Assembly (NCBI GenBank): GCA_029262735.1
Contig: JAJCYY010000013.1
Location: forward strand, 4,108 to 68,107
DNA from: Chloroflexota bacterium
GTDB lineage: Bacteria > Chloroflexota > Dehalococcoidia > Lucifugimonadales > Lucifugimonadaceae
Direction: 5' to 3'
DNA: 64,000 nt
Part shown: piece after piece, positions 38,662 through 47,387 of the stretch
Numbering within the stretch: the first letter of the stretch is position 1
Layout: every line of letters begins with the position of its first letter
Position numbers and translations under genes: made by a program
The notes under the pieces: generated by a model
What the model saw: only the letters and a program-made list of their open reading frames with translations
What the model was told of the DNA's origin: nothing
The model's database searches: none

Positions 38662-38875
38662 GTCAAAGTTACTGTGAAACGCGATCGAGGCCACTATTAT
38701 CCGTAGCATTGCATCTCGAACCGGTGTCTCATGGAGCTCCGAGCACATGCCTCTCGGCCATGACGGCCCTTTGATTCAGCGCATCTTCTGCCCACTACCA
38801 TTACGCTCCGTGGTGACCAGCCGACGGTCGGCACACGACCGATAGTCTGCGAGAGATCGCGAACTTTCGTGTGAC

Positions 38876-41659
38876 CTAGCTTTCGTCCGTTGATACTTCC
38901 GGTTCTTCCAACGGTACCTTCGGATTCGTACCGCTCGTCGGCGACGCCGGGGCGTTGAGAATGGAACTCTCGAACTGTTGTTTCGCCACCTCAGCCGACT
39001 TTTCTCCAAATATGACCACCTTCTGAAGATTCGCCGCCAACACAGGATTGACCAGATCCCGGGAGTGAGAGGCCATATAAGCAGCCACGCGGAGTCTCAG
39101 CAGCAACCTCCTCAACTCTTCTTTTCCATCCCGCAAGATGATTCCATCCACCCGCTTGGGGACAGAAGTGTTGGTCGATTGGAATGTCAACAAGTCACCG
39201 CTTTCGGAAGTCTCCTCGTCCGCGTAAGTTCTGGGGTTGGCCACAATTTGCTCAGAATCTGCGATAGTAACTTTTTCTCTGGAAAGGCCTTTCAATTTTG
39301 AATCCCAAAGTTCGGCTGGTGGATTGGCGAATCCGTCAATAAAGTACTTGGGATCCCAGTTGCTCTCGTTTCCCAGGTAGCTGAAAATCCTGTTCTTATC
39401 GTCGATATCCACATCTGGTGACCCGAGCACCTGCTGCAAGAAGGCATGCGACTCTTGCCTCAATACCAGTGGGATTACCATTGGCAGGCATCCATCATCC
39501 AGAGGTTGTTTGTCATCAGTAGATTTCAGTGCGATGTCGGCGATTCGCAGTATCTCCCGAGGAACACCGCCGGCAAGCACACAAATGCCGTGTCCGACGG
39601 CTTTTGGCAGCACGTTCCGCTTCGGCAGATTTGACCTCAGCCGATCGGAACCGGGATCTGTTCGATCACTCTGTGCTGGACTATACGATTTGCTAGATGC
39701 CGAACCTCTACTTCCTGTTGACGTTGGCTCAGGTTTGATCAACTTCGAAACTACGTCATTGACGCCCCGCCTCAGTGCATCTAACAACTGTGGAAAAGTC
39801 GCTGGCGGTTGTCGTTTAGATTCGGGCACCGGTTTGTGTAGTGATACAGCGATTCGCTCATCCAACAACTTCCACGCCTCTGCAGGTCGTAGGGGACCGA
39901 ACGCAAAGACCTGGTTGAACGAGCTACTAAATTCGTCGCGTCCCCGGAAGGATCCCATTCGGTACGCGCTGGCTGCCTCATCCGAGATGGACATCAGGAA
40001 GTGAACATTTTTGGCCGCAAAGATTCCCTTGATGTCCCTCAATAGCTTTCGAACGTCCTCTTCATCGTCGATTTTATCGAGCTCATCGATGCCGATCACG
40101 ACATTGCCAAGCATCGCTTCCTGCGCCCGTTCGGCAAGATCCGCGAACTCTTTCACGAGCGAAGTTACCGTATACGGTCTTTCCACGAGCTCCTTGCTGC
40201 GGGAAAACTTCACTAGCCCCGTTAACCATTTGCCGCCCTCGGCCCCGAACTCTGAACTGCGTCGTTCGCTGCTGGAGTAGCGAACCCACTCTTTTGCACG
40301 CTCAGCGCGCCTTTTCACGACACGGAGTTGCTGGTTTCTCTGTTTCTGGTTTGTGAAATTCTTGGCAGGAATTATCAACGAAAGAAACGGGATGAATGCC
40401 AGCGCGCCTCCAGAGACTGCCGCCAATATCGAAAAGGAGTTGTAGAGAGTCATTGGCGGAGCCTGATCGCCCTCGCGGACCAGAAAGGACCAATCATGGG
40501 ACGCGGTGTACCGAATCGCGACTACCAATCCGACCCAAACTACCACTGAAAATGATGTCACCCACAACGAATCTACATTGTCGAAATTAGTCCTGATTGA
40601 GGCGCCCCGCCCTTCATATCTTGAACTCCGGGCTAAACGTCTGAGATATGACCACGTCCTTGATGGCGTATTCCTGAGGAGGGAAGGAAAACCGTACTTT
40701 AGCAACCAGTTTTCTGATCTTGATGTGTCGGATTCTGATTGTTTAGCTTGCGGCGTGCCGGAGTCTGGTAGTTCAGCTTGTGCCCTGTCGGACCCTGACT
40801 GTTCAGAAGGCGAATTGTCGGACTTCTCGCTCGCCTCTGTACCCGTGGTGACCCATTTCCATGCGAGCTGCGAAGCTACTAAGCCTGACAAAAGTGTCGC
40901 AGCCACCAGGATCAGGAATTTTAGTATCTTGCTGATGTCTGCTTGCTGGTTCGAGAACTCCCAGCTCAGTGCCGCACCCATTGCGATCAACAACAGGATG
41001 GTGACTCCGAGCAACGCATCAAAACCTACCTGTGAATACCTGATGACTGCGAACCGGTTTGGCTGCCCGTCAAATTCGGATGCGTCCAGATCCGTGGCCC
41101 CTAGTGCTACGCGCTGCCTGTTTGACCGGCGTCCCATGTACTTAATTGCTTTGCCGGTCTTTGCAACCACCGCGTCAGCCAGCGTGTATATGAGGGTTTC
41201 CAGGAATGGCAGAGCCTTGTATTCGCTGGGAACCGGAGCCCAGATTCCGACTCCGTAGTCCTCTTTGCCGGATTCAGAATGATTTCGTTGCTGGTCATCA
41301 TCGCGGGATTTCTCGTTGCTGTTTGGCCCGTCCTTTCTATTATCGTTGTTCGAATCCGACAAGTTCACTGGTTGCTGGGCATTCGCCAGATCAACGGCCT
41401 GCTGTATGAACCAGGTCTTTCCGGCTCCTCTTGGTCCAGAAACTCCGAACGAGCCTCCTTCGATTTCCAGCAACGCATCCGGGCTCTGTGATCTGTCCCA
41501 TTTCTCGAAGCGATCAGAACGAAACGAGGTGAAGACATCCGCGTTTTTGATCTTCTTCCACGTCCGGTTGTTTTCCTGCCCGCCGTCTTCCGTGGTTTTT
41601 TCGTTATCAGGGGATGTGTTTTCCACCTCGGGACCCGTTGCACCATTAGGAATTGACAT
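38876..41659 (-). CDS. KAP-family P-loop NTPase
   Basis: The 927-aa product has Walker A (GPRGAGKT) and Walker B (VVIGIDELDKI). Four predicted TM helices are inserted between them, which is the KAP hallmark. The local sequence is AT-richer. Confidence 0.7.
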   Translation of the reverse strand: MSIPNGATGPEVENTSPDNEKTTEDGGQENNRTWKKIKNADVFTSFRSDRFEKWDRSQSPDALLEIEGGSFGVSGPRGAGKTWFIQQAVDLANAQQPVNLSDSNNDNRKDGPNSNEKSRDDDQQRNHSESGKEDYGVGIWAPVPSEYKALPFLETLIYTLADAVVAKTGKAIKYMGRRSNRQRVALGATDLDASEFDGQPNRFAVIRYSQVGFDALLGVTILLLIAMGAALSWEFSNQQADISKILKFLILVAATLLSGLVASQLAWKWVTTGTEASEKSDNSPSEQSGSDRAQAELPDSGTPQAKQSESDTSRSENWLLKYGFPSLLRNTPSRTWSYLRRLARSSRYEGRGASIRTNFDNVDSLWVTSFSVVVWVGLVVAIRYTASHDWSFLVREGDQAPPMTLYNSFSILAAVSGGALAFIPFLSLIIPAKNFTNQKQRNQQLRVVKRRAERAKEWVRYSSSERRSSEFGAEGGKWLTGLVKFSRSKELVERPYTVTSLVKEFADLAERAQEAMLGNVVIGIDELDKIDDEEDVRKLLRDIKGIFAAKNVHFLMSISDEAASAYRMGSFRGRDEFSSSFNQVFAFGPLRPAEAWKLLDERIAVSLHKPVPESKRQPPATFPQLLDALRRGVNDVVSKLIKPEPTSTGSRGSASSKSYSPAQSDRTDPGSDRLRSNLPKRNVLPKAVGHGICVLAGGVPREILRIADIALKSTDDKQPLDDGCLPMVIPLVLRQESHAFLQQVLGSPDVDIDDKNRIFSYLGNESNWDPKYFIDGFANPPAELWDSKLKGLSREKVTIADSEQIVANPRTYADEETSESGDLLTFQSTNTSVPKRVDGIILRDGKEELRRLLLRLRVAAYMASHSRDLVNPVLAANLQKVVIFGEKSAEVAKQQFESSILNAPASPTSGTNPKVPLEEPEVSTDES

Positions 41660-42182
41660 CGGCTGTGCCTTCTTTTTACATACGGCCCTCTAGCGCGAGG
41701 ACAACGCTGAGTTCACTGTGCGATCATATTCCAGGTTGGATCCTACGGATTGGAGAGAGTGACCGCCCGCTAGACGAATCAGAATCATTCCCATCGAATC
41801 CGCTGAGCGGATGGAACGGCATGATCGTAGTGAAACCGTCGATCCTAGTGGATTGTGTACAAACTTATCGTTGTTCACAACACATTGGCTATCCTAAAAG
41901 ACTCTCATCAGGAAGTCGAAACAACGATTCAGATCATGACTCTCCCATTGACCCACCGAGGTCGAGACCCTGGAACAAGGCCACAAGATTCTGGGAGGTC
42001 AGAGTCTGCTGCCGTTCTACGATTATCCCGTTCGTTGCAGGATCCCAACTTCCGAGTCGAACTCCGACCCTCGAGACACAATTGCCGATCAACTTTGTCT
42101 GTGTCGGTCAATGAATTCAACGTGCTCCTGGGAAGCGCCGAGAGCGGAACCCCTATGAATCGTGCCAATACCGATAACGTTG

Positions 42183-42202
42183 ACTGTCAACACTACTGTC
42201 AA
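42183..42202 (+). repeat. direct-repeat motif ACTGTCAA-N4-ACTGTCAA
   Basis: The sequence ACTGTCAACACTACTGTCAA lies about 290 bp from the tRNA-Leu 3' end. The left copy is embedded in the palindrome TTGACTGTCAA. Confidence 0.7.
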
Positions 42203-42424
42203 AAAACCTCATTTCCCGTGGACGGGCGATTGTTGCATCTCGATATCAGCTTCTGAAGGCTGCTTAGCACATGCTTCCCGATCTTGACAGCGATTGAAGT
42301 GGGGTTCTGGTCTGAACTTTCATCTCCGACAGGCCTAACAGTCCTTGAAATTGACCTGATCGGTGGAACTGAGGTAATACGAACTCCGAATCGAGATGCG
42401 CCCGTATTCATAGCCACAGGTGAA

Positions 42425-42444
42425 ACTGTCAAAACTACTGTCAA
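42425..42444 (+). repeat. direct-repeat motif ACTGTCAA-N4-ACTGTCAA
   Basis: The sequence ACTGTCAAAACTACTGTCAA lies about 50 bp from the tRNA-Leu 3' end. Confidence 0.7.
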
Positions 42445-42493
42445 TCCGTGTTTCGGACGACCTCATGAATTCCTCGAAACAGCTAAGTTGAAC

Positions 42494-42579
42494 TGGTGGG
42501 GAAGGGGGGATTCGAACCCCCACGTCTGTTAAGACACATGCTCCTAAGGCATGCGCGTCTGCCATTTCGCCACTTCCCC
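42494..42579 (-). tRNA. tRNA-Leu (anticodon UAG), type II with long variable arm
   Basis: The minus-strand sequence is GGGGAAGTGGCGAAATGGCAGACGCGCATGCCTTAGGAGCATGTGTCTTAACAGACGTGGGGGTTCGAATCCCCC(C)CTTCCCCACCA. It has an anticodon stem CATGC/GCATG with loop CUUAGGA, a variable arm GTCT-TAAC-AGAC and an encoded CCA. There is one extra C in the T-stem relative to the repeat copies. Confidence 0.85.
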
Positions 42580-42913
42580 GACTGATCCGGTGCCGTCCTG
42601 CAGCAAGTTCGTTGCGTCTTGCACAAGCAGAGATATTTCACTCTCGGCCGTTAACCGAAATCGCCCTGTGCGGCTCTCAGGACGCCGCATATTCTTCCAA
42701 ATTGAGAGAAGAACCGACCTCTACAGAGCCCCAGATCTCCTGCATAGCCGAACGAATTCAGCGCGCTGTTCCGAATGAAGTCATGGTTCACGCGCGACCT
42801 GCATAGCGATGATAGATTTCTGCTTGCCGGTTGCCAAACGCGAACACGGCTCATCGACGGTGTCCGACGCTTTGTTCCAATGTCAGATCACTATAAGTCC
42901 GGAAGGCATTTCC

Positions 42914-43816
42914 ATGCAGTACGAAATCGAGATGCTCGCAGCCGAGAATGCGAAAGTTGGCGAAGGACCACTCTGGGTCTCGTCGGAGCAGGTTCTGTAC
43001 TGGACCGATATACAGACTGGCCGGTCCTTCAGATACAACCCGGCAGACGGTACCAACGAGACGATACACGACGGCGTTTTCGTGGGCGGAACGGCTGTCA
43101 ACAAAAACGGCGGGATGGTGTTCGGAACATGGGACGGCGTGATGCTCTGGCGGTCCGATAGCGATTGGCTCTGGTATCACAAGGACGACAGCGGTACAGG
43201 CCGCATGCGGTTCAACGATGTTGCAGCAGGTCCTGACGGTAGCTTCTATGGCGGACCGGTCTCTGAAGATAGCACAGGTGAGCTCCATCGCTTCCTGCCG
43301 GACGGCAGCCACGAGGTCGTTGCCGACGGTATCGGCATCAGCAACGGCATGGGCTGGTCACCTGACCTGTCCACGTTCTATTTCACAGACTCGCTCCCGA
43401 AGCAGATCTATGCCTACGACTATGACGCTGGACGCCACTCTGTCTCGAACCGGCGGATCTTTGTGCAACTGGGTGACGACCTCGGAGTGCCCGACGGCAT
43501 GACTGTGGATGCTGAAGGTTTCGTGTGGTCTGCAAACTGGGGTGGAAGCTGCATCATCCGCTTCGATCCGGACGGTAAAGAGGAGCGGCGCATAGCGATG
43601 CCCGCATCCCAGAGTTCCAGCGTGATGTTCGGCGGCCCGGACCTGACAGATATCTACGTCACCTCCGCAAACTTTGGCACAGGTGAGCCACCGGGGGAGC
43701 TAATGCCGAAGGGCTACGACAACCGGATTCACAGAGGCGGTGAGTTGTACGTGATCAGGCAGAACGAGATCAAGGGCAAGCTGGAGTTCGAGGCCGATCT
43801 CAAGTGGCCTGAGTAG
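42914..43816 (+). CDS. SMP-30/gluconolactonase/LRE-like lactonase
   Basis: The product begins MQYEIEMLAAENAKVGEGPLW and has a beta-propeller lactonase signature. The ORF track starts it earlier, at 42809. Confidence 0.75.
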   Translation: MQYEIEMLAAENAKVGEGPLWVSSEQVLYWTDIQTGRSFRYNPADGTNETIHDGVFVGGTAVNKNGGMVFGTWDGVMLWRSDSDWLWYHKDDSGTGRMRFNDVAAGPDGSFYGGPVSEDSTGELHRFLPDGSHEVVADGIGISNGMGWSPDLSTFYFTDSLPKQIYAYDYDAGRHSVSNRRIFVQLGDDLGVPDGMTVDAEGFVWSANWGGSCIIRFDPDGKEERRIAMPASQSSSVMFGGPDLTDIYVTSANFGTGEPPGELMPKGYDNRIHRGGELYVIRQNEIKGKLEFEADLKWPE

Positions 43817-43859
43817 ATTCACGCGGTACCATAAGCCAGGTACAGCATCACTAAATAAG

Positions 43860-43895
43860 AAGACCCTGCGGCGTGCATCCGCAGGGTCTTCTTTT
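43860..43895. terminator. bidirectional intrinsic terminator
   Basis: A 12-bp perfect stem AAGACCCTGCGG/CCGCAGGGTCTT with a 7-nt loop is flanked by A-run and T-run. It sits between convergent SMP-30-like and ftsZ genes. Confidence 0.85.
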
Positions 43896-43911
43896 CTTGT
43901 CAGCCTGAACT

Positions 43912-45153
43912 CTATGCAGAGTCTTTGTGGCGCTGCAGGAACGGCGGCAGGTCAACGTCTTCGTCGACAGCCTCATCCATGTCCAGCGGTACCGGTTCGT
44001 CGTCAGAAGCGTCGGATGAATCGGACTCGGCTTCAGCAGAAGGGATTTCTGCGACCGGTTGCGCAATTTCCGCTTCTTCAGCCGGTGCTTCCTCAGCGGG
44101 CGCCTCCGGAGCTTCGGGAGCATCTTCGGCCTCGGGCTTCGGAACGTAGCCGGCAGCCGACGGGCCGTTGAGCTTGAGGACCTTTGCCGTCTCCTCAACC
44201 GGGAAGCCGGTCGCAATAACGGTGATCGTCACCTCATCTTGAATCTGCGGGTCAGTCACCATACCGAAGATGATGTTGGCGTCCGGGTCGACTTTACCTG
44301 AGATGATCTCCGAAGCGGTGTTGACCTCGTCCAGTGTCAGGTCACGGCCACCGGAGATGTTGAAAATCACTCCAGTTGCGCCCTCGATCGACACTTCAAG
44401 CATTGGGCTACTGAGGGCTGCTTCTGCAGCGATCTTCGACCGCTCATCGCCCTGGCCATGGCCGATCGCCATCCATGCAGGACCGGCGTTTTTCATGACC
44501 GATCGGACGTCAGCAAAGTCCAGGTTGATCTCACCTGGGACCAGGATCAGCTCTGCAATGGACTGAACACCCTGGCGCAGAACATCGTCTGCCATTCGGA
44601 ATGCCACATCCATCGTCATCGGCTCGCTACCGGCCGTTCGCAGTCGCTCGTTCGGAACCACAATTAGCGTATCCGCAATGTCGTTCAGCCGGCCAATACC
44701 CTCTTCGGCCTGCTTCATGCGACGGTTGCCCTCAAATTTGAACGGCTTGGTCACAACGCCTACTGTAAGAGCGCCGATTTCCTTGGCAACCTCGGCAATC
44801 ACCGGTGCGCCACCCGTCCCGGAGCCGCCACCCATACCGGCGGCGACGAACACAAGGTCCGCTCCCTCGAGCAGCTCGCGGACCTGGTCCCGGTCTTCCT
44901 CTACGCATTGCCGGCCACGCTCAGGGTCTCCGCCGACCCCGAGTCCTCGTGCCGTCTGGTCGCCAACGCGGATCGCAACGGGCATCTCGCTGCGAGAAAG
45001 AGCCTGCGCGTCGGTATTGACAATGATGTAGTCGACCTCTGGTATGCGGTCGCGGTACATGCGAGAGACCGCGTTCGAGCCACCGCCACCAACGCCGACG
45101 ACCATTATCTTTGCGGCGCCGATGTCACCTTCTGACTTTCTCTGGTCAAGCAT
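43912..45153 (-). CDS. ftsZ: cell division GTPase FtsZ
   Basis: The product has the GVGGGGSNAV and GGGTGTG tubulin motifs, an acidic/Pro-rich linker and a conserved C-terminal peptide DLPPFLQR. The start was chosen at MLDQRK with AGGAG upstream. The ORF track start is 45258. Confidence 0.9.
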   Translation of the reverse strand: MLDQRKSEGDIGAAKIMVVGVGGGGSNAVSRMYRDRIPEVDYIIVNTDAQALSRSEMPVAIRVGDQTARGLGVGGDPERGRQCVEEDRDQVRELLEGADLVFVAAGMGGGSGTGGAPVIAEVAKEIGALTVGVVTKPFKFEGNRRMKQAEEGIGRLNDIADTLIVVPNERLRTAGSEPMTMDVAFRMADDVLRQGVQSIAELILVPGEINLDFADVRSVMKNAGPAWMAIGHGQGDERSKIAAEAALSSPMLEVSIEGATGVIFNISGGRDLTLDEVNTASEIISGKVDPDANIIFGMVTDPQIQDEVTITVIATGFPVEETAKVLKLNGPSAAGYVPKPEAEDAPEAPEAPAEEAPAEEAEIAQPVAEIPSAEAESDSSDASDDEPVPLDMDEAVDEDVDLPPFLQRHKDSA

Positions 45154-45423
45154 TTTCGGTACTGCTCCTGAGTCCTGTCCTTGGAGAGCGAAATCTGCGG
45201 CTTCCGGAGCCGTGTCGTCGCTATTGGCACGCGGTCTGTCCCGCTTGCTCAATCTCAAACTATTCGCTGCCCGTAAGAAAACAGGCCGCGATCAGTGTGG
45301 CAACGGTGTGGGTGAGGTTTGGGCCGCTTCCGCAAACCAAACACACGCTTTCCTCCAACGGCGGTGAGCCTCACGCACGCGAAACTGGATTACCGGCCAA
45401 TACTCCTTTTGCAGGAACGAGCA

Positions 45424-46842
45424 ATGCCCGTCAAATACACCGTCAAACGAAACTCTCTCTCGTCAAAGTGGGGCGTCTGGTCCACAGACACGACATCCAC
45501 CGTTGAGAAACAACTTGTTGAGCTAAAATCGAGCGAACAGGCAGATAAATACCTCGCACTGGCCGAGGCCGGTGAACCGCATGAGGTGATCATGGCTTCG
45601 TTGACCGCCAAGAAGCCAAAAAACGGCGGCGGTGGCCTTTTCGGGAAAATGTTCAAGCGCGGTGCAGCGCCAGCACAGGACGAGATTGCCGTTCTTCCTG
45701 TGAGCAACCCGGTGATCGAGATAGAGCCGGCCCGCAAGCAGGAAGATCAGCAAGAAGAGGCGGAGGTGGGCGAAACCACCCCGGAACCTGCGCCGGCTGT
45801 AGTTGCAGAGGCTCCCAGTCGGTTTCAGGTAATTGAGCAGGCGCCTGCGCCACCCACTGCCCCACCAACGCCAAAAATAACTCCTGTCGAAAAGAAGCCC
45901 ATCGAGGACATCGCCGTTGAGGCTGAGGTTGAGACTGAAGAAGCTCGGCCGGAGGGCGAGAGGATCAAGATGGTCGCCAACAAGGCGTCGCTCTCAACCG
46001 AGATCGAGTCAGCCTTCGGAGAAGAGAAGCCAGTTGACTCCTCAGTCCCGTTGGAGCCGGTAGTCCCGGTAGAGGCGACGGCCCCGATAGAGGCGACAGT
46101 CCCGGCGGAGCCGGAAAAATTGGCCGTCGAAGAAGAGAGCCAACCGGTTGCTGAGGTCGAAACTGTCGCCGCACCGGAGGAAATCATAACCCCGGAGCCT
46201 CCCGAACCGGTGGCACCGCCAATCGCTCAGCCTGAAGTGCCTACTGTCGTCACAGATGCTGTCATCCCCGAGCCTCCTGTGGCTGAGCCGCCAATGGAGC
46301 AGCCGGTTGGCCTTGCACCGGCCCCGGCACAGCCGCCTGTGGTCCCAAATGCCCCGGGCAAACCATCCGAGTCGCCGGCACGGGGAGAAAACGGTCTTCT
46401 AGTCGATTGGAGCTTCACGCCTCCACCTGATGTGACACCAGAGGAGCTTCGGGCTTCCGGCCAACAGCCTGCAATAAAACCCGCGCCATCAGCAGGCACA
46501 GAAGCCAAACCCGCCCGCAAAATCGACCCCGAGCTGTCGGAACCTGCGGCAGTGACGCCAAAGCAGCCGGTTGGCAAAAACCTCGATAGCGGCAAAGTCA
46601 GTGTCGAGATCTGCGTCTCCAAAGCTCTGAAGGATTCGGCGAGTGGGGATGCCAGTGTTTCTGACAAGAAATACAACTCCATCGCTTCGAAGGAGTACAC
46701 CGAGGTCAGCAAGGCGTTCGCTTCTGGCAACTCTCCGGACAACCTGCGAGAAGAGTTGACACACCTGGCGGCGGTCTGCATAGCGTGGGCCGATGCCATC
46801 GAAAAGCGCAAAGCGCAAAAGAAGAGGACCAACGCTGCCTGA
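45424..46842 (+). CDS. Pro/Glu/Ala-rich low-complexity protein
   Basis: The product begins MPVKYTVKRN... and has long PEPxAPP-type repeats. It is divergent from ftsZ. Confidence 0.5.
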   Translation: MPVKYTVKRNSLSSKWGVWSTDTTSTVEKQLVELKSSEQADKYLALAEAGEPHEVIMASLTAKKPKNGGGGLFGKMFKRGAAPAQDEIAVLPVSNPVIEIEPARKQEDQQEEAEVGETTPEPAPAVVAEAPSRFQVIEQAPAPPTAPPTPKITPVEKKPIEDIAVEAEVETEEARPEGERIKMVANKASLSTEIESAFGEEKPVDSSVPLEPVVPVEATAPIEATVPAEPEKLAVEEESQPVAEVETVAAPEEIITPEPPEPVAPPIAQPEVPTVVTDAVIPEPPVAEPPMEQPVGLAPAPAQPPVVPNAPGKPSESPARGENGLLVDWSFTPPPDVTPEELRASGQQPAIKPAPSAGTEAKPARKIDPELSEPAAVTPKQPVGKNLDSGKVSVEICVSKALKDSASGDASVSDKKYNSIASKEYTEVSKAFASGNSPDNLREELTHLAAVCIAWADAIEKRKAQKKRTNAA

Positions 46843-46861
46843 GTTCCAGCAGGAGAGCCGA

Positions 46862-47377
46862 ATGTCACCAAGCCACGCCGACCGTGACGTGAACAGTAGC
46901 CGCATGCAACTGCATAGCGATATGGCTTCACCTGCCGACCGGGGCACGTCAGAGTTCGCTCAACAGGAAACAGTTTTCATCATTGGCAATCACGCGTTCT
47001 TCCAGGCCGTCAAAAGAGCGCTGGACGTTGCCGGTGGGTTCCATATTGTCGGCGCATTCAAGATGGATGACCTCGACACCAGCCTTCGTCGTAGCACCAT
47101 GCTGGGTCAGACTCCGAGCGTCGCCGTTATTCACGAACCTCCGGGTGAGCGAGTGTTGACGGACGATGCTGCGCACGGTGTTCTGAAGGTGTATCCATCG
47201 TGCGGAATTGTGCTCATCTCAGGTGGAGAGCTTGAGGCTGAGACGGAGCGCAAAATGGCTGTTCACGACTTCAACGCCATCGTGGTTCCTGAATCCGTCA
47301 TCAAGAATCCGAACGCGCTCGCAAAAGGCATGCATGCCGCCATCAACGAAGCGGGCACCGCTGAGCGAGTCGGTTAA
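46862..47377 (+). CDS. hypothetical protein with receiver(REC)-like fold lacking canonical Asp pair
   Basis: The product shows a REC-like pattern: VFIIGNHAFFQAVKRAL...FHIVGAF...PSVAVIH...GIVLISG. Confidence 0.35.
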   Translation: MSPSHADRDVNSSRMQLHSDMASPADRGTSEFAQQETVFIIGNHAFFQAVKRALDVAGGFHIVGAFKMDDLDTSLRRSTMLGQTPSVAVIHEPPGERVLTDDAAHGVLKVYPSCGIVLISGGELEAETERKMAVHDFNAIVVPESVIKNPNALAKGMHAAINEAGTAERVG

Positions 47378-47387
47378 GTACAGCCGG

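Noticed and set aside
38472-38666. ORF encoding (GE)n repeat peptide on minus strand
   Set aside because: It is simply the translation of the (CGCCTT)5 microsatellite in an intergenic region. There is no RBS or other coding signal.
41660-42493. Small ORFs between KAP NTPase and tRNA-Leu
   Set aside because: The region is AT-rich and interrupted by the ACTGTCAA dyads. Its ORFs are short and lack an RBS or recognisable motifs. It is more likely a regulatory or att-arm region than coding.
22015-42600. Integrase, recombinase, transposase or Rep gene for the tRNA-associated islands
   Set aside because: I read all ORFs of 150 aa or more in this span on both strands. None shows tyrosine-recombinase (R..H..R..Y), serine-recombinase or DDE features. 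The KAP and STAND NTPases were considered and rejected as recombinases.
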